Assembly: GCA_001820935.1 (NCBI GenBank)
Contig: MHRI01000011.1
Coordinates: 2,718 to 54,056 of the forward strand
DNA length: 51,339 bases
Source of the DNA: Candidatus Taylorbacteria bacterium RIFCSPHIGHO2_01_FULL_51_15
GTDB lineage: Bacteria > Patescibacteriota > Minisyncoccia > Phycocordibacterales > UBA10002
Reading direction: 5' to 3'
The notes beneath the pieces are model-generated. The model did no database searches. It was not told the origin of the DNA and was given only the letters and a program-made list of their open reading frames with translations. Positions 19,428 to 28,639 of this stretch are shown piece by piece (within the stretch, counting starts at the first letter, position 1; the number at the start of each line of letters is the position of its first letter). The position numbers were made by a program, and so were the translations under genes.

Positions 19428-19772
19428 ATGCAATTCAACAGGTGGCCTTATTGGCTAAAGGGTAGCGTATTTATGGCAATCATTCTCTTGATGCCCCTGC
19501 TGTTAAGCATTCTTGCCCCTCAATTCGCTGCTTGGTTTGTGATCCCATTCGTGATGCTTCAGTCAATTTTTGAGGAAGCGTTCGGGTTTTTGTATGTGCA
19601 TAGCTTCTTCATGAAGATTCTTTTTGGCGGTGAAACCGTCGGCTCGCTTGGCCAATTCTGGCGGGAGCTTATCGTGATGCTTATGATCTATCTCGCAGTG
19701 GGAGCTTTTCTTGGTTGGCTCTATGGTAAAAACGAGGAACTGAAGATGCGTAAACGCATGAAGCACATTTAG
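19428..19772 (+). CDS. Hypothetical membrane protein
   Basis: WPYWLKG N-terminus, several hydrophobic helices, GWLYGK ending; -10-like TACTCT 6 nt before the ATG. Confidence 0.75.
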   Translation: MQFNRWPYWLKGSVFMAIILLMPLLLSILAPQFAAWFVIPFVMLQSIFEEAFGFLYVHSFFMKILFGGETVGSLGQFWRELIVMLMIYLAVGAFLGWLYGKNEELKMRKRMKHI

Positions 19773-19900
19773 ATTTAGACAAAAATCACGGGGTAGAAAA
19801 GAATATTCACAGCCATCGCTAAACTTTGTTCGCACTTGATAACCTTGAGTAGGTTGACTCACTTAATGTTAGCACCGAAGACTAGGAATTAAAGAAGGAG

Positions 19901-21091
19901 TTATTGTACCTTAGAGCCACTAACTCTTTTCAGGATTTCGGAAGAAAAAGTATGAGTGAGGCCTTGCTCGGCGGCGAAACGTTCCTCGGCGAGCGACACG
20001 AGTTTCGTGATGAGCTCCACGCCGGAGACGCCTTTTTTCTTCCAATTGTGGACGTAGAGACTTCCGGGAAGTGTATTGACCTCATTCACAAAGACTTTTT
20101 GCGTTGCATTATCAATGAGAAAGTCTACTCGAGCGATGCCGGTACAGCCGAGCGTTCTGTAGGTTTTTTCTCCGAGTTCGCGTACTTGTGTCGCTTGTAC
20201 TTCGGAAATCGTAGCCGGTATTTCGCTGTACTGAGTATGCATGCCGCTTCCCTGTTTGCCACCTGAAAGATATTTGTCATTGAAGTCGAAGAACTCGCTT
20301 TTATTGAGCGGCCGCTCGACATGAGCAAACTCCACCGTCTCATTACCTATGATTGGGAGAGTCACTTCGGTCAGATTTTCAACTCCCTCCTCGACGAGAA
20401 CTTTGTCATCGTAGTGAAAAGCCACTTCAATCGCATTTTCTAGGCCTTTTTTGTCCTTCACCTTTGTCATTCCGACACTTGAGCCAAGATGCACCGGCTT
20501 AACGAAAAGCGGGTATTTCAATTTTGCGATTTTGTCGAGAAAAGACTGTTGCGCTTTCTCATAGCCTGACTTCGTAAACCACACAAATGGCACGACCGGC
20601 ACACCCTCCGCCAAAAGCACCTGTTTGGTAAAAGCTTTATCCATCGCGACGGCCGAAGCCGCCATATCGCACCCGACAAAAGGAACCTGTGCCATGCGCA
20701 GGAGGCCCATAAGCGAGCCGTCTTCGCCGTAGGTCCCGTGCATCGCCGGAAACACGACGTCTATTCGTACTTTTCTCTCCCGACTAAAGCCCGTTGGGCT
20801 CGCCCATCTAGGGAAGCCGGGCAAGATGAGCTCCAGCCCATTATCAAACAGGAGGTGAACCTTCTTCTTCCCTTTTAACACATCCGTGTAGTTTGACTGC
20901 TTGAAAAACGAAAGGTCGTTCATCACCTTGTCCGCGTACCAGTCCCCTTCTTTCGTGATATAGATCGGCCATACATCAAAATTACCACTCGCGGTGAGCG
21001 AATCTATAATCGGGATATGCGCGGTGATGATCGAAACATCGTGCTCCGCGCTCCTCCCACCAAATATTACAGCAACTGTTTTCTTAGTCAT
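19901..21091 (-). CDS. ddl: D-alanine--D-alanine ligase
   Basis: FGGRSAEHDVS, HGTYGEDG, MDK, KPVHLGSSVG, RVDF and NEVNTLPG motifs. Confidence 0.96.
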   Translation of the reverse strand: MTKKTVAVIFGGRSAEHDVSIITAHIPIIDSLTASGNFDVWPIYITKEGDWYADKVMNDLSFFKQSNYTDVLKGKKKVHLLFDNGLELILPGFPRWASPTGFSRERKVRIDVVFPAMHGTYGEDGSLMGLLRMAQVPFVGCDMAASAVAMDKAFTKQVLLAEGVPVVPFVWFTKSGYEKAQQSFLDKIAKLKYPLFVKPVHLGSSVGMTKVKDKKGLENAIEVAFHYDDKVLVEEGVENLTEVTLPIIGNETVEFAHVERPLNKSEFFDFNDKYLSGGKQGSGMHTQYSEIPATISEVQATQVRELGEKTYRTLGCTGIARVDFLIDNATQKVFVNEVNTLPGSLYVHNWKKKGVSGVELITKLVSLAEERFAAEQGLTHTFSSEILKRVSGSKVQ

Positions 21092-21144
21092 GAATCTCGG
21101 AAATTGATTAGCTTACGATACTATGCATTTTATTTGATAGAAGG

Positions 21145-21258
21145 AACAAAGCACAGACCGCACAAAAATCCAAACAAAACACAACTGCTCAAAACACAAA
21201 TTATTTTCTGCCTGTTTGGTCTTTGTCCGCCAGCTGGCGGATTGTGCTTTGTGCTTTC
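21145..21258. repeat. Family A element with inserted 16-bp palindrome
   Basis: CAAAGCACAG...TTGTGCTTTGTG arms; TCCGCCAGCTGGCGGA at 21226-21241. Confidence 0.75.
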
Positions 21259-21262
21259 GCCC

Positions 21263-22690
21263 TTAGGCGTATTGGTCCGGCCAATCGTTCTGAAGCACCA
21301 CTACATCGCCCTTCACTGTAAGATTCGGCAGTGCCGCAAACGCGTCAAGCGCCCTATCGAACCACATAATTTCTCCCTTGTAGTTCTCTTCCTGTAACCC
21401 CTTCTCGATGAGGGGAGTGACGGAATTCCTTATGAGCACGACCTTATCTATGTGAGCGCGGGCAAGTTCTCTCCCGATGTCCATATGCACTTCTTCCTTT
21501 TTTGCCCCCATTTCCACCAAACCCGGCGTCAAGTACCAGCGTCGAACATTCTTCAGGCTTGAAAGAAATTCGAGAACTGCGCGGACCCCATCCGGATTCC
21601 CGTTGTAGCTATCATCGAGGGTGATAACCCCCGCGGTGTCAGTCTTTGGCTCCAAACGATGCTCAAATGGCTTCGTTCTTTGAATTCCTAGCCCAATACG
21701 TTCAGTGGATATGCCGAGCTTACACGCGATATCTGCAGCGACGGAGAGTGGTCCGACCTGGTGAAGTCCGAGGAGATGAGATTCTGCCTGTATTCTTTGC
21801 GGACCGTTTCGAAGCATAAACAAGGTGCCTTTAAGACTCGCCTTCGCATCCTCTACTCTCCACTCCCCTGCTCCGGCGCGACTATAGAGTATATCGCCCG
21901 TGCGAGCATACGTTCGCGCCAGAATGTTTTCTCCATTTATGTAGAGAGGCCTGTCCCGGAAATATCCTGCTAGTTCAAAAATAGTCTTTCGGGTCTCTCC
22001 TATACTTCCGAATTTCGCAAGATGTGCTTCGTTTACTCCAGTAATGATTCCTATGTCCGGCGCCACTAGCTTGCATAGTCGCCTTATATCGCCAGGATAG
22101 TATTCGCCAAGTTCGAAAACAAGTATCTCTTCATCGCCCCCAAGACTCCGAATAAACGAGCTAATACCAAGCGGCGTATTGTAGCTTCCGGGGGGCGCTG
22201 CCACTCTTTTCCCCGCGCCGAGCACAGTTTTGAGGATTTCTCGCATGCTGGTTTTCCCAAAACTTCCTGCGATGGCGATCCTAAACCCCTTATGAGCCTT
22301 GAGTTTCCTCTTCGCGTGAACGAGGATCCCATATTCTACAGGTATTTGTACAATCCGTGACAAAACCATGAGTCCGATGAAGAAATCAACAAGAAGATAG
22401 GGAGCGACAAAAGCGGTGAGTAAAAAAGCGGGATATTTCCAGCTCTCCTCTGCTACGACAAGCATTCCAAACGCGAAAACGTAAAGAAAAAAGAGGACTG
22501 CATATCCTGCGATGAGAAAAAGAAGGCTCTTAGGAGTTTTGACGAGGGATTTCCTTTGCTCCACGCGCAAAAAGTCACGGGTGCGCCAAAACCAACGGAG
22601 GAAGTCGCGGATATGGTATTCACTCGCCTGCATCATGTAAACGAGTGAACGGACGTACCGCGGGTGGTAGCGTGAAAGTAAGTTTTTCAT
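21263..22690 (-). CDS. murF: UDP-MurNAc-tripeptide--D-Ala-D-Ala ligase
   Basis: IAGSFGKTS, SYNTPLG, ELGEY, DDSYNGNP, TPGLVEMG, QNDWPDQY; adjacent to ddl. Confidence 0.9.
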   Translation of the reverse strand: MKNLLSRYHPRYVRSLVYMMQASEYHIRDFLRWFWRTRDFLRVEQRKSLVKTPKSLLFLIAGYAVLFFLYVFAFGMLVVAEESWKYPAFLLTAFVAPYLLVDFFIGLMVLSRIVQIPVEYGILVHAKRKLKAHKGFRIAIAGSFGKTSMREILKTVLGAGKRVAAPPGSYNTPLGISSFIRSLGGDEEILVFELGEYYPGDIRRLCKLVAPDIGIITGVNEAHLAKFGSIGETRKTIFELAGYFRDRPLYINGENILARTYARTGDILYSRAGAGEWRVEDAKASLKGTLFMLRNGPQRIQAESHLLGLHQVGPLSVAADIACKLGISTERIGLGIQRTKPFEHRLEPKTDTAGVITLDDSYNGNPDGVRAVLEFLSSLKNVRRWYLTPGLVEMGAKKEEVHMDIGRELARAHIDKVVLIRNSVTPLIEKGLQEENYKGEIMWFDRALDAFAALPNLTVKGDVVVLQNDWPDQYA

Positions 22691-23448
22691 TGAAGGAGGA
22701 ATGTCTTGATAAGTGCGGCCATCTCTTCAGGTCTTTCCTGATGCACAAAGTGGCCATTCCCTTTGAGTATCTCCAGTCTTGAGTGAGCAATAAGGCGCTG
22801 TAAACGCCTTCCGTCCCAAATTGGAGTGGTCACATCCCGTTCCCCCCAAATCAGGAGTGTGGGGATATGAATCTCCTTGGCGGCGACTGAAAGATCTTCC
22901 TGAATCGCTTTCAGGAAGGTTTCCTTCAGTACCCCACTGTGAATGTGTATGTAGTCCCCGCTCCCCGCCATGCCGTATAGCCTGCGGCGAAAACGCTCTT
23001 GTACGGTTCGGGGAAAGAAGAATAGAGCTATCTTCCCTACTTTGGCAGCAAGCAGGAAAAATCTAGCATGAAAGGTCTTATACTTCGCAAGTCCGGCTGA
23101 TGCGATGAGCACGATCTTCTTCGGAGTGAAAAGACCTTCAGCTACTCCTTTTATAATCACACGACCGCCAAAAGAGTGACCAACTAATATTTCGGGCTGA
23201 ACCCCGACTTTTTGGCAGAAATCCTCGACAAAGTGCGCATACTCTCCCGTTGACCACACCTCTTTAGGAAGTTCGCTTCCTCCAAAACCGGGAAAATCAA
23301 GACGCACGAGTCGAAAACCGGCCGGGAAAACCCGGACAAGCTCATTAAAAGTGTGCAGATCGTCCTTCCAGCCGTGTAAAAATAAGACAACCGGCCCTTC
23401 TCCGATATCTTCATACTCGATTGCGAGATTGTTGACGATAGTCTTCAT
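22687..23448 (-). CDS. Alpha/beta hydrolase
   Basis: LHGW, DFPGFGGS, GHSFGG nucleophile elbow, WGERD, GHF. Confidence 0.92.
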   Translation of the reverse strand: MKTIVNNLAIEYEDIGEGPVVLFLHGWKDDLHTFNELVRVFPAGFRLVRLDFPGFGGSELPKEVWSTGEYAHFVEDFCQKVGVQPEILVGHSFGGRVIIKGVAEGLFTPKKIVLIASAGLAKYKTFHARFFLLAAKVGKIALFFFPRTVQERFRRRLYGMAGSGDYIHIHSGVLKETFLKAIQEDLSVAAKEIHIPTLLIWGERDVTTPIWDGRRLQRLIAHSRLEILKGNGHFVHQERPEEMAALIKTFLLQ

Positions 23449-23461
23449 ATCTCTGATTTCT

Positions 23462-23842
23462 TCATTTGGCCCGAAAATCAACCTGGTGCGCTGGTATACC
23501 AATTGATACGCCATAAGCCTTCGCCTCGTCATACTGCGCCTGATCTCTCATATCAATTCTGAAAATCCTCCCAGGAAAGATAATGTAGTGCTCTGTCCCA
23601 TCATCAAAATCCGCGTACCAGGAATGTGCATGCGCTGAATCAAGATTCCTGCTAATATTCTCTGCGATTTTCTCTACCTCTCCCCTCTCGACTTCAACTG
23701 TATGTAGTGTCCAGTTGCTAAGCCAAGGTGTTTGGTGTTTCTTCTTAACAGGAGAGATTCTTGTTGAAAGAATTTTCACGTCACGAAGGAGTGAGACATC
23801 CTCAAGCGACTCCTCGATGATGACGCCGATATATTTTTTCAT
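23462..23842 (-). CDS. Conserved hypothetical protein
   Basis: MKKYIGVIIEESL...WTLHTVEV...WYADF...YGVSIGIPAHQVDF. The track start (23875) lies inside tRNA-Pro, so ATG 23842 is used. Confidence 0.8.
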   Translation of the reverse strand: MKKYIGVIIEESLEDVSLLRDVKILSTRISPVKKKHQTPWLSNWTLHTVEVERGEVEKIAENISRNLDSAHAHSWYADFDDGTEHYIIFPGRIFRIDMRDQAQYDEAKAYGVSIGIPAHQVDFRAK

Positions 23843-23843
23843 T

Positions 23844-23914
23844 TCGGGGAGCCGAGAATCGGACTCGGACCTCACGCTCCCAAAGCGTGTATACTACCAC
23901 TATACTACTCCCCG
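23844..23914 (-). tRNA. tRNA-Pro(TGG)
   Basis: CGGGGAG/CTCCCCG acceptor stem, CACGC-TTTGGGA-GCGTG anticodon arm; T loop reads TCCGATT; no CCA. Confidence 0.9.
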
Positions 23915-24105
23915 ATAGTTATCCCTGAAGAAGGTTTCTGAGTCACATTCTTCCCTGTCCCACCTCAACATTTTTCATCGCACATGGTCTCCTATCTACT
24001 GAAAAAAGCTTCACACGAGAACTATGCGATACTATCATAGTTACTACAATTTCATAAAGGACATCAATAAAGGACACTGTGCACACCCTGTGTCCTTTAT
24101 GATTT

Positions 24106-24567
24106 CTAAAGGACTATGTCCTCTAGTAATTTTATTTTTGCTCTTCTTTTCTTCTCATCTATGAAGACTGTCGCAACATCGAATTGCCAGCTCGTTTCAT
24201 CTGAAACATGTTTCCCCATAAGATAAGTTTGTATTATACGCCCTAAACGCTTCATTTTATTGAAGTTTACATTGTCCTCCGGTCTGAACGCATCTTTTCT
24301 AATTTTTGAGCGAATATACGTGAGAGCTGCCCGTCTTTTATCTCCGGTGGTTTCAGATGAAACCTTCTTTCTTGTTTCACCCGAAACAATTTCTGCTGTT
24401 TTTGTCTTAACCTCAACAAAGTGTATTCTTTCGTTTCGCTTAGCCACAACATCGAGTTCGCCCCACGGACGACGATAGTTTCGATCAAGAATCCGGTAGC
24501 CTCTTTTCACAAGAAACTTTACGACGAGCTCCTCACCAAGTGCGCCGACTTTTTGTGTTGAACTCAT
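24106..24567 (-). CDS. yraN: YraN (UPF0102) nuclease
   Basis: GALGEELV..FL...GYRILDRNY...GELDVVA...FVEVKT...FDV. Confidence 0.9.
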   Translation of the reverse strand: MSSTQKVGALGEELVVKFLVKRGYRILDRNYRRPWGELDVVAKRNERIHFVEVKTKTAEIVSGETRKKVSSETTGDKRRAALTYIRSKIRKDAFRPEDNVNFNKMKRLGRIIQTYLMGKHVSDETSWQFDVATVFIDEKKRRAKIKLLEDIVL

Positions 24568-25087
24568 GTGTACTTATTTTGTTAGACACGAGGCTCCAAT
24601 CTCTACTCTGAGGTTTCAGATGAAACAGCCAAGATCTTAGAAAAATTGTTTTCCAAGATTTCTCGCGTAAATTCATCAAGCTTCTTGATGGTCTGTATCT
24701 GCTCAAGTGTCATCCAGGCAAACTCGAGATGCTCCTCATCAAGAACCGGGTCACCCGAAGTTACTCCGGAAAATGTTAATCGCACGATATGCTTTTCAGG
24801 AAGTCGGAGAATGTCCTGAACAGAGATGAGTTCAGGTGTGCCTAGAATCCGAAGTCTCGTTTCCTCAAAAACCTCTCTCTCAATATTTTCCAAAAGAGAG
24901 GTGCCCGGGAAAATCCTCCCCCCAACTATATCCCAACAATTTTTAATATTTGGATACCGAATTGGAGATCTCTTCAACAGCAAATATTTGCCCTTTTCAT
25001 TTCTCAAAAATATTTTTACTTCAACCTGCAAGGGTATTGACGAGCTTATACTTTTGATTCCTGATGATTTATGTTTCATGTGAAACT
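24193..25087. promoter_or_regulatory. Cluster of five parS-like palindromes
   Basis: GTTTCAnnYGAAAC at 24193-24208, 24349-24364, 24373-24388, 24612-24627 and 25072-25087 (consensus parS TGTTTCACGTGAAACA). Confidence 0.8.
24603..25079 (-). CDS. NUDIX hydrolase
   Basis: Nudix-box-like GGRIFPGTSLLENIEREVFEETRL; EHLEFAW. Confidence 0.88.
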   Translation of the reverse strand: MKHKSSGIKSISSSIPLQVEVKIFLRNEKGKYLLLKRSPIRYPNIKNCWDIVGGRIFPGTSLLENIEREVFEETRLRILGTPELISVQDILRLPEKHIVRLTFSGVTSGDPVLDEEHLEFAWMTLEQIQTIKKLDEFTREILENNFSKILAVSSETSE

Positions 25088-25231
25088 ATAAAGGACTTGT
25101 CGTCGCGTGTCTTTTTGAAAAGCCCTATCTAGGGCCGTAGTAGAGAATTTCATGTGAACCCGAAATGTCCTTTATGCACATATCCCCTGTCTTATCCACA
25201 GTTTTTTCCACCGGAGCAGTTTGTTAGCGTT

Positions 25232-25302
25232 TGCGGGTACCGGGAATCGAACCCGAATCTCGTCCTTGGCAAGGACGCGTTCTACCACTAAACCATACCC
25301 GC
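25232..25302 (-). tRNA. tRNA-Gly(GCC)
   Basis: Cloverleaf with CGTCC-TTGCCAA-GGACG arm and GGTTCGATTCC; no CCA. Confidence 0.95.
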
Positions 25303-25365
25303 ACGGAGCTCATCTTACCTAACGATTCTAAAAGAAGAATACCAGAAAGCTCTGGTGGAACAAAA

Positions 25366-25438
25366 TGCGCCCGGCAGGACTCGAACCTGCAACCCCTTGG
25401 TTCGAAGCCAAGTACTCTATCCTTTGAGCTACGGGCGC
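25366..25438 (-). tRNA. tRNA-Arg(TCG)
   Basis: CTTGG-CTTCGAA-CCAAG arm and GGTTCGAGTCC; no CCA. Confidence 0.95.
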
Positions 25439-25499
25439 GCGGAAAGATAAATCATACGTCAGATTAGGCGAATCGCAAAAGAGATACTACAATATCGCT

Positions 25500-26984
25500 G
25501 TGAAAGAGTCTAAGAAAACGCTTGATGTAGAGGTCCCGAGTGAGGTTCTGCGGGTCGCAAAAACGCTTGAGAGCAACGGCTTTGAGGCGTATCTTGTGGG
25601 TGGATGCGTCCGTGATCTTCTCATAGGGAGAAAGCCGAATGATTGGGATATTACCACAAACGCGATTCCAGAGAAGATTACGGCTATTTTCCCCAATACA
25701 TTTTACGAAAATGAGTACGGCACTGTCGGAGTGGTAAATGAGGGGGTAGAGGATGAGACATTGAAGGTGATTGAAGTAACTCCGTATCGATTGGAGGGGG
25801 GCTACTCCGACAAACGCCGCCCCGACTCGGTAGAGTGGAGTTCTAAACTTGAGGACGATTTAAGACGTCGCGATTTTACGATCAACGCCATCGCACTCAA
25901 ACTTCCCTCTACGATCGTGGACCTATTTGAAGGGGAAGAAGACTTAAAAAATAGGACTGTGCGCTCGGTAGGTGAGCCGGAGGCACGTTTCAATGAGGAT
26001 GCCCTTAGAATGCTTCGCGCGATACGTATTGCCGTGGAGCTTGATTTTACGCTTGATCCGAAAACGCAAAACGCGATTGCATTTAACGCAAAACATCTAA
26101 AGGAAATGGCGCCGGAGCGTATTCGCGATGAATTCATCCGCATCGTCATGTCCCCAAGGCCTCATATTGGCCTTATTTTAAGCCATAAATTGGGACTTTT
26201 AGGACATATCGTACCTGAACTGGAAGAGGGGATTGGCGTTGCTCAAAATAAGGCCCACTCCTATGATGTATTCGAGCACATTCTTAGAACTGTTGAGCAC
26301 GCCGCAAAAAAGGAATTCACATTGGAAACTCGTCTTGCAGCTCTGTTCCACGACATCGGAAAACCAGCGACGCGCCGCTGGTCAGAGGAGAAAAAAGATT
26401 GGACATTCTATGGACATGATGTGGTGGGAGCGAAGATGGCGGCAAAAATTATGGCGAGGCTGGCGTTTCCTAAGAAAACAGCCGAAAACATTGTTGCACT
26501 TGTGCGGTGGCACATGTTCTTTTCCGACACTGAACAGATTACTCACTCGGCGGTGCGCCGAATGGTTGCGCGCGTGGGAACTGAAAATATATGGCATCTT
26601 ATGGATGTCCGAACATGTGACCGTATAGGAACGGGGAGGCCGAAAGAAAGTCCGTACCGCCTTAGGAAGTACCACGCAATGATCGACGAGGTAATGCGCG
26701 ATCCGCTTTCCGTGGGAATGCTAAAAATTAGTGGGGGAAGGATTATGGAGCTTTGTGGCATTGAGCCGGGCCCTAAAATAGGGCATATATTACACGCCTT
26801 GCTCGAGGAGGTGCTTGATGAGCCCGGTAAAAACACCAAGGAATACCTAGAAAAAAGGGTCCTGGAATTGAATCAATTGTCTGAAAAAGAGCTCGTGGCC
26901 ATCGGCACAAAAGCGAAACAGGCTAAAGAAAAACAGGAAGAGAAAACGTTGAAAGAAATACGCAAAAAACATTGGGTGAGCTAG
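25500..26984 (+). CDS. cca: CCA tRNA nucleotidyltransferase with HD domain
   Basis: VGGCVRD..DWD, RRDFTINAIA, EDALRMLRA, ERIRDEF, LFHDIGK. Confidence 0.93.
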   Translation: MKESKKTLDVEVPSEVLRVAKTLESNGFEAYLVGGCVRDLLIGRKPNDWDITTNAIPEKITAIFPNTFYENEYGTVGVVNEGVEDETLKVIEVTPYRLEGGYSDKRRPDSVEWSSKLEDDLRRRDFTINAIALKLPSTIVDLFEGEEDLKNRTVRSVGEPEARFNEDALRMLRAIRIAVELDFTLDPKTQNAIAFNAKHLKEMAPERIRDEFIRIVMSPRPHIGLILSHKLGLLGHIVPELEEGIGVAQNKAHSYDVFEHILRTVEHAAKKEFTLETRLAALFHDIGKPATRRWSEEKKDWTFYGHDVVGAKMAAKIMARLAFPKKTAENIVALVRWHMFFSDTEQITHSAVRRMVARVGTENIWHLMDVRTCDRIGTGRPKESPYRLRKYHAMIDEVMRDPLSVGMLKISGGRIMELCGIEPGPKIGHILHALLEEVLDEPGKNTKEYLEKRVLELNQLSEKELVAIGTKAKQAKEKQEEKTLKEIRKKHWVS

Positions 26985-27009
26985 ATTTACGGGGGATAGG
27001 CTGTAGACA

Positions 27010-27299
27010 TAAAGAAAGCCGCCCGATTAGGGCGGCCTTCTTAGTTCTTTGAAAGAAGACTTACCCGAAAGGGACGGCTTGTACCGAAGTCTAACCTAAG
27101 TTAGATCGGTAAAATAGGAGAATCGGAAAGAAAAGACGGTAAAGAGCCGGCTTAAGAAAATAATTTCCGAAAAAAGCAAATTGTGAAAATATTTCTTAAG
27201 AATCCGAGCTGTGGAATTTTTCTTCCGATTAGAGAGAGTTTAGCCCTCTTTCAAAGAACCGCTTTTCAGGACAATGCAATCTACGCATTCCCCCGACTA
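27010..27299 (-). ncRNA. Unidentified structured RNA (6S-like rod candidate)
   Basis: Nested long-range stems, minus-strand promoter TTTACA-N18-TATCAT (27306-27335), terminator at 27011-27042, and G-U pairs that work only on the minus strand. Confidence 0.65.
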
Positions 27300-27591
27300 G
27301 CAACAATGATACCTCTTCCTAAAGGACAATGTAAAGGACATGGATGTGGATAACTATGCCGGGTGCCCGAAGGCTATATTCATGGCCGCAAATCTTGCCC
27401 TATCAGGGAACACACCTGGCAAAGATTTACAATTGTTGCTTTTTCGAGAAATGTCCCTTAATTGCAAGAATGTCCTTTATAGGTGCTGATGGAGACGAAA
27501 ATCCCACCAAAGCGCACCTCGGAATATGCTGAAACAGTGCGAAGTCTTGCAACACAACATCTTTTATGCTACTGTTGTAGCACATAAAAAT

Positions 27592-27858
27592 ATGCTGTCG
27601 AAAACACGAAAGCAGAAGGTCGTCAGGGAAGCTGGTATTCACGGAAAGGATACGGGCTCTCCTGAAGTGCAGATCGCGATTTTGACGAAACGCATTGGTG
27701 AGCTCTCTACTCACCTAAAGGAGCACAAAAAAGACACGCATTCCCGTCGCGGGCTTCTTTCCATGGTGGCGGACCGACAATCACATCTTCGTTATCTTCA
27801 GAAGAAGAATACGCGGCGGTACAATGCTATTGTCAAGAAGCTGGAGCTTAAGAAATAG
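27592..27858 (+). CDS. rpsO: 30S ribosomal protein S15
   Basis: [13 protein letters not shown]...[12 protein letters not shown]. Confidence 0.97.
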   Translation: MLSKTRKQKVVREAGIHGKDTGSPEVQIAILTKRIGELSTHLKEHKKDTHSRRGLLSMVADRQSHLRYLQKKNTRRYNAIVKKLELKK

Positions 27859-27864
27859 TTTCTT

Positions 27865-27971
27865 GAATTTTCAAGTTTCAATTATCAATTTTCAATCAAT
27901 GTAGCAATACTCAATTCTTAATTAAGAAATTGGGTGTTGTTTGATAATTGAAAATTGTAAATTGATAATTT
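27865..27971. repeat. TTTCAAT-type heptamer inverted-arm element
   Basis: TTTCAAG-TTTCAAT-TATCAAT-TTTCAAT facing TTGATAA-TTGAAAA-TTGTAAA-TTGATAA. Confidence 0.75.
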
Positions 27972-27977
27972 TCTTCA

Positions 27978-28490
27978 ATGGCAGTCATCAAACACGTGGA
28001 ACAGCGAGTGGGGGTATTTATCGATACGCAAAACCTCTACCACAGCGCTAAGAATCTCTATCGAGCGAACGTTAACTTCGGTCAGGTGCTTAAGGACGCG
28101 GTTGCGAACCGCACGCTTACCCGTGCGATTGCGTATCTTATCACGACGGAAGGAGCCGAGGAGAAAGGGTTTTTCGAGGCGTTAGAGAAGATTGGTATTG
28201 AAACGAAGTCGAAACCTTTGCAAATCTTCGGCAGTGGCGCGAAAAAAGCTGATTGGGACGTGGGGCTCGCCATAGACGCGGTAAAGCTCGCGCCTAAACT
28301 CGACGCGGTGATCATCGCCTCGGGTGATGGAGATTATGTCCCGCTCGTGGAATACCTCAAAAATCTGGGGTGCCAGGTGGAAGTGGTGGCGTTTGGCAAA
28401 TCAACATCGAGCAAACTTCTTGAAGTTGCGGACGACTTTATCGATCTCGACGAAAATCCAAGAAAGTATCTTCTTGGAAGCAGAAGATAG
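27978..28490 (+). CDS. NYN domain (LabA/DUF88) protein
   Basis: FIDTQN, KADWDVGLAIDA, SGDGDY, ADDFIDL. Confidence 0.92.
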   Translation: MAVIKHVEQRVGVFIDTQNLYHSAKNLYRANVNFGQVLKDAVANRTLTRAIAYLITTEGAEEKGFFEALEKIGIETKSKPLQIFGSGAKKADWDVGLAIDAVKLAPKLDAVIIASGDGDYVPLVEYLKNLGCQVEVVAFGKSTSSKLLEVADDFIDLDENPRKYLLGSRR

Positions 28491-28565
28491 GAGAACGGCT
28501 TCTATACTTAGTAGATGCGTCAAGTGTAAAAAAGAGAAATTTTTGCTACACTGACGGCAATTACC

Positions 28566-28635
28566 AGTAACGATTGGTCTCTGGAAACAGAGATTTGAAC
28601 AGTAGTTCAGGTCTTCTTTCCGGAGAACAATCACT
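28566..28635 (+). promoter_or_regulatory. Long hairpin in the pnp leader
   Basis: GATTG-G-TCTCTGGAAA...AGATTTGAAC-agta-GTTCAGGTCT...TTTCCGGAGA-A-CAATC, downstream of TGnTACACT (28544-28552). Confidence 0.65.
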
Positions 28636-28639
28636 AATC

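Noticed and set aside
25090..25230. Firm oriC call
   Set aside because: Only one perfect DnaA box, no dnaA/dnaN and no clear unwinding element; kept only as origin-proximal inference.
25231..25467. 78-aa ORF on + strand (and 15356-15571)
   Set aside because: These overlap tRNA genes and are translation artefacts.
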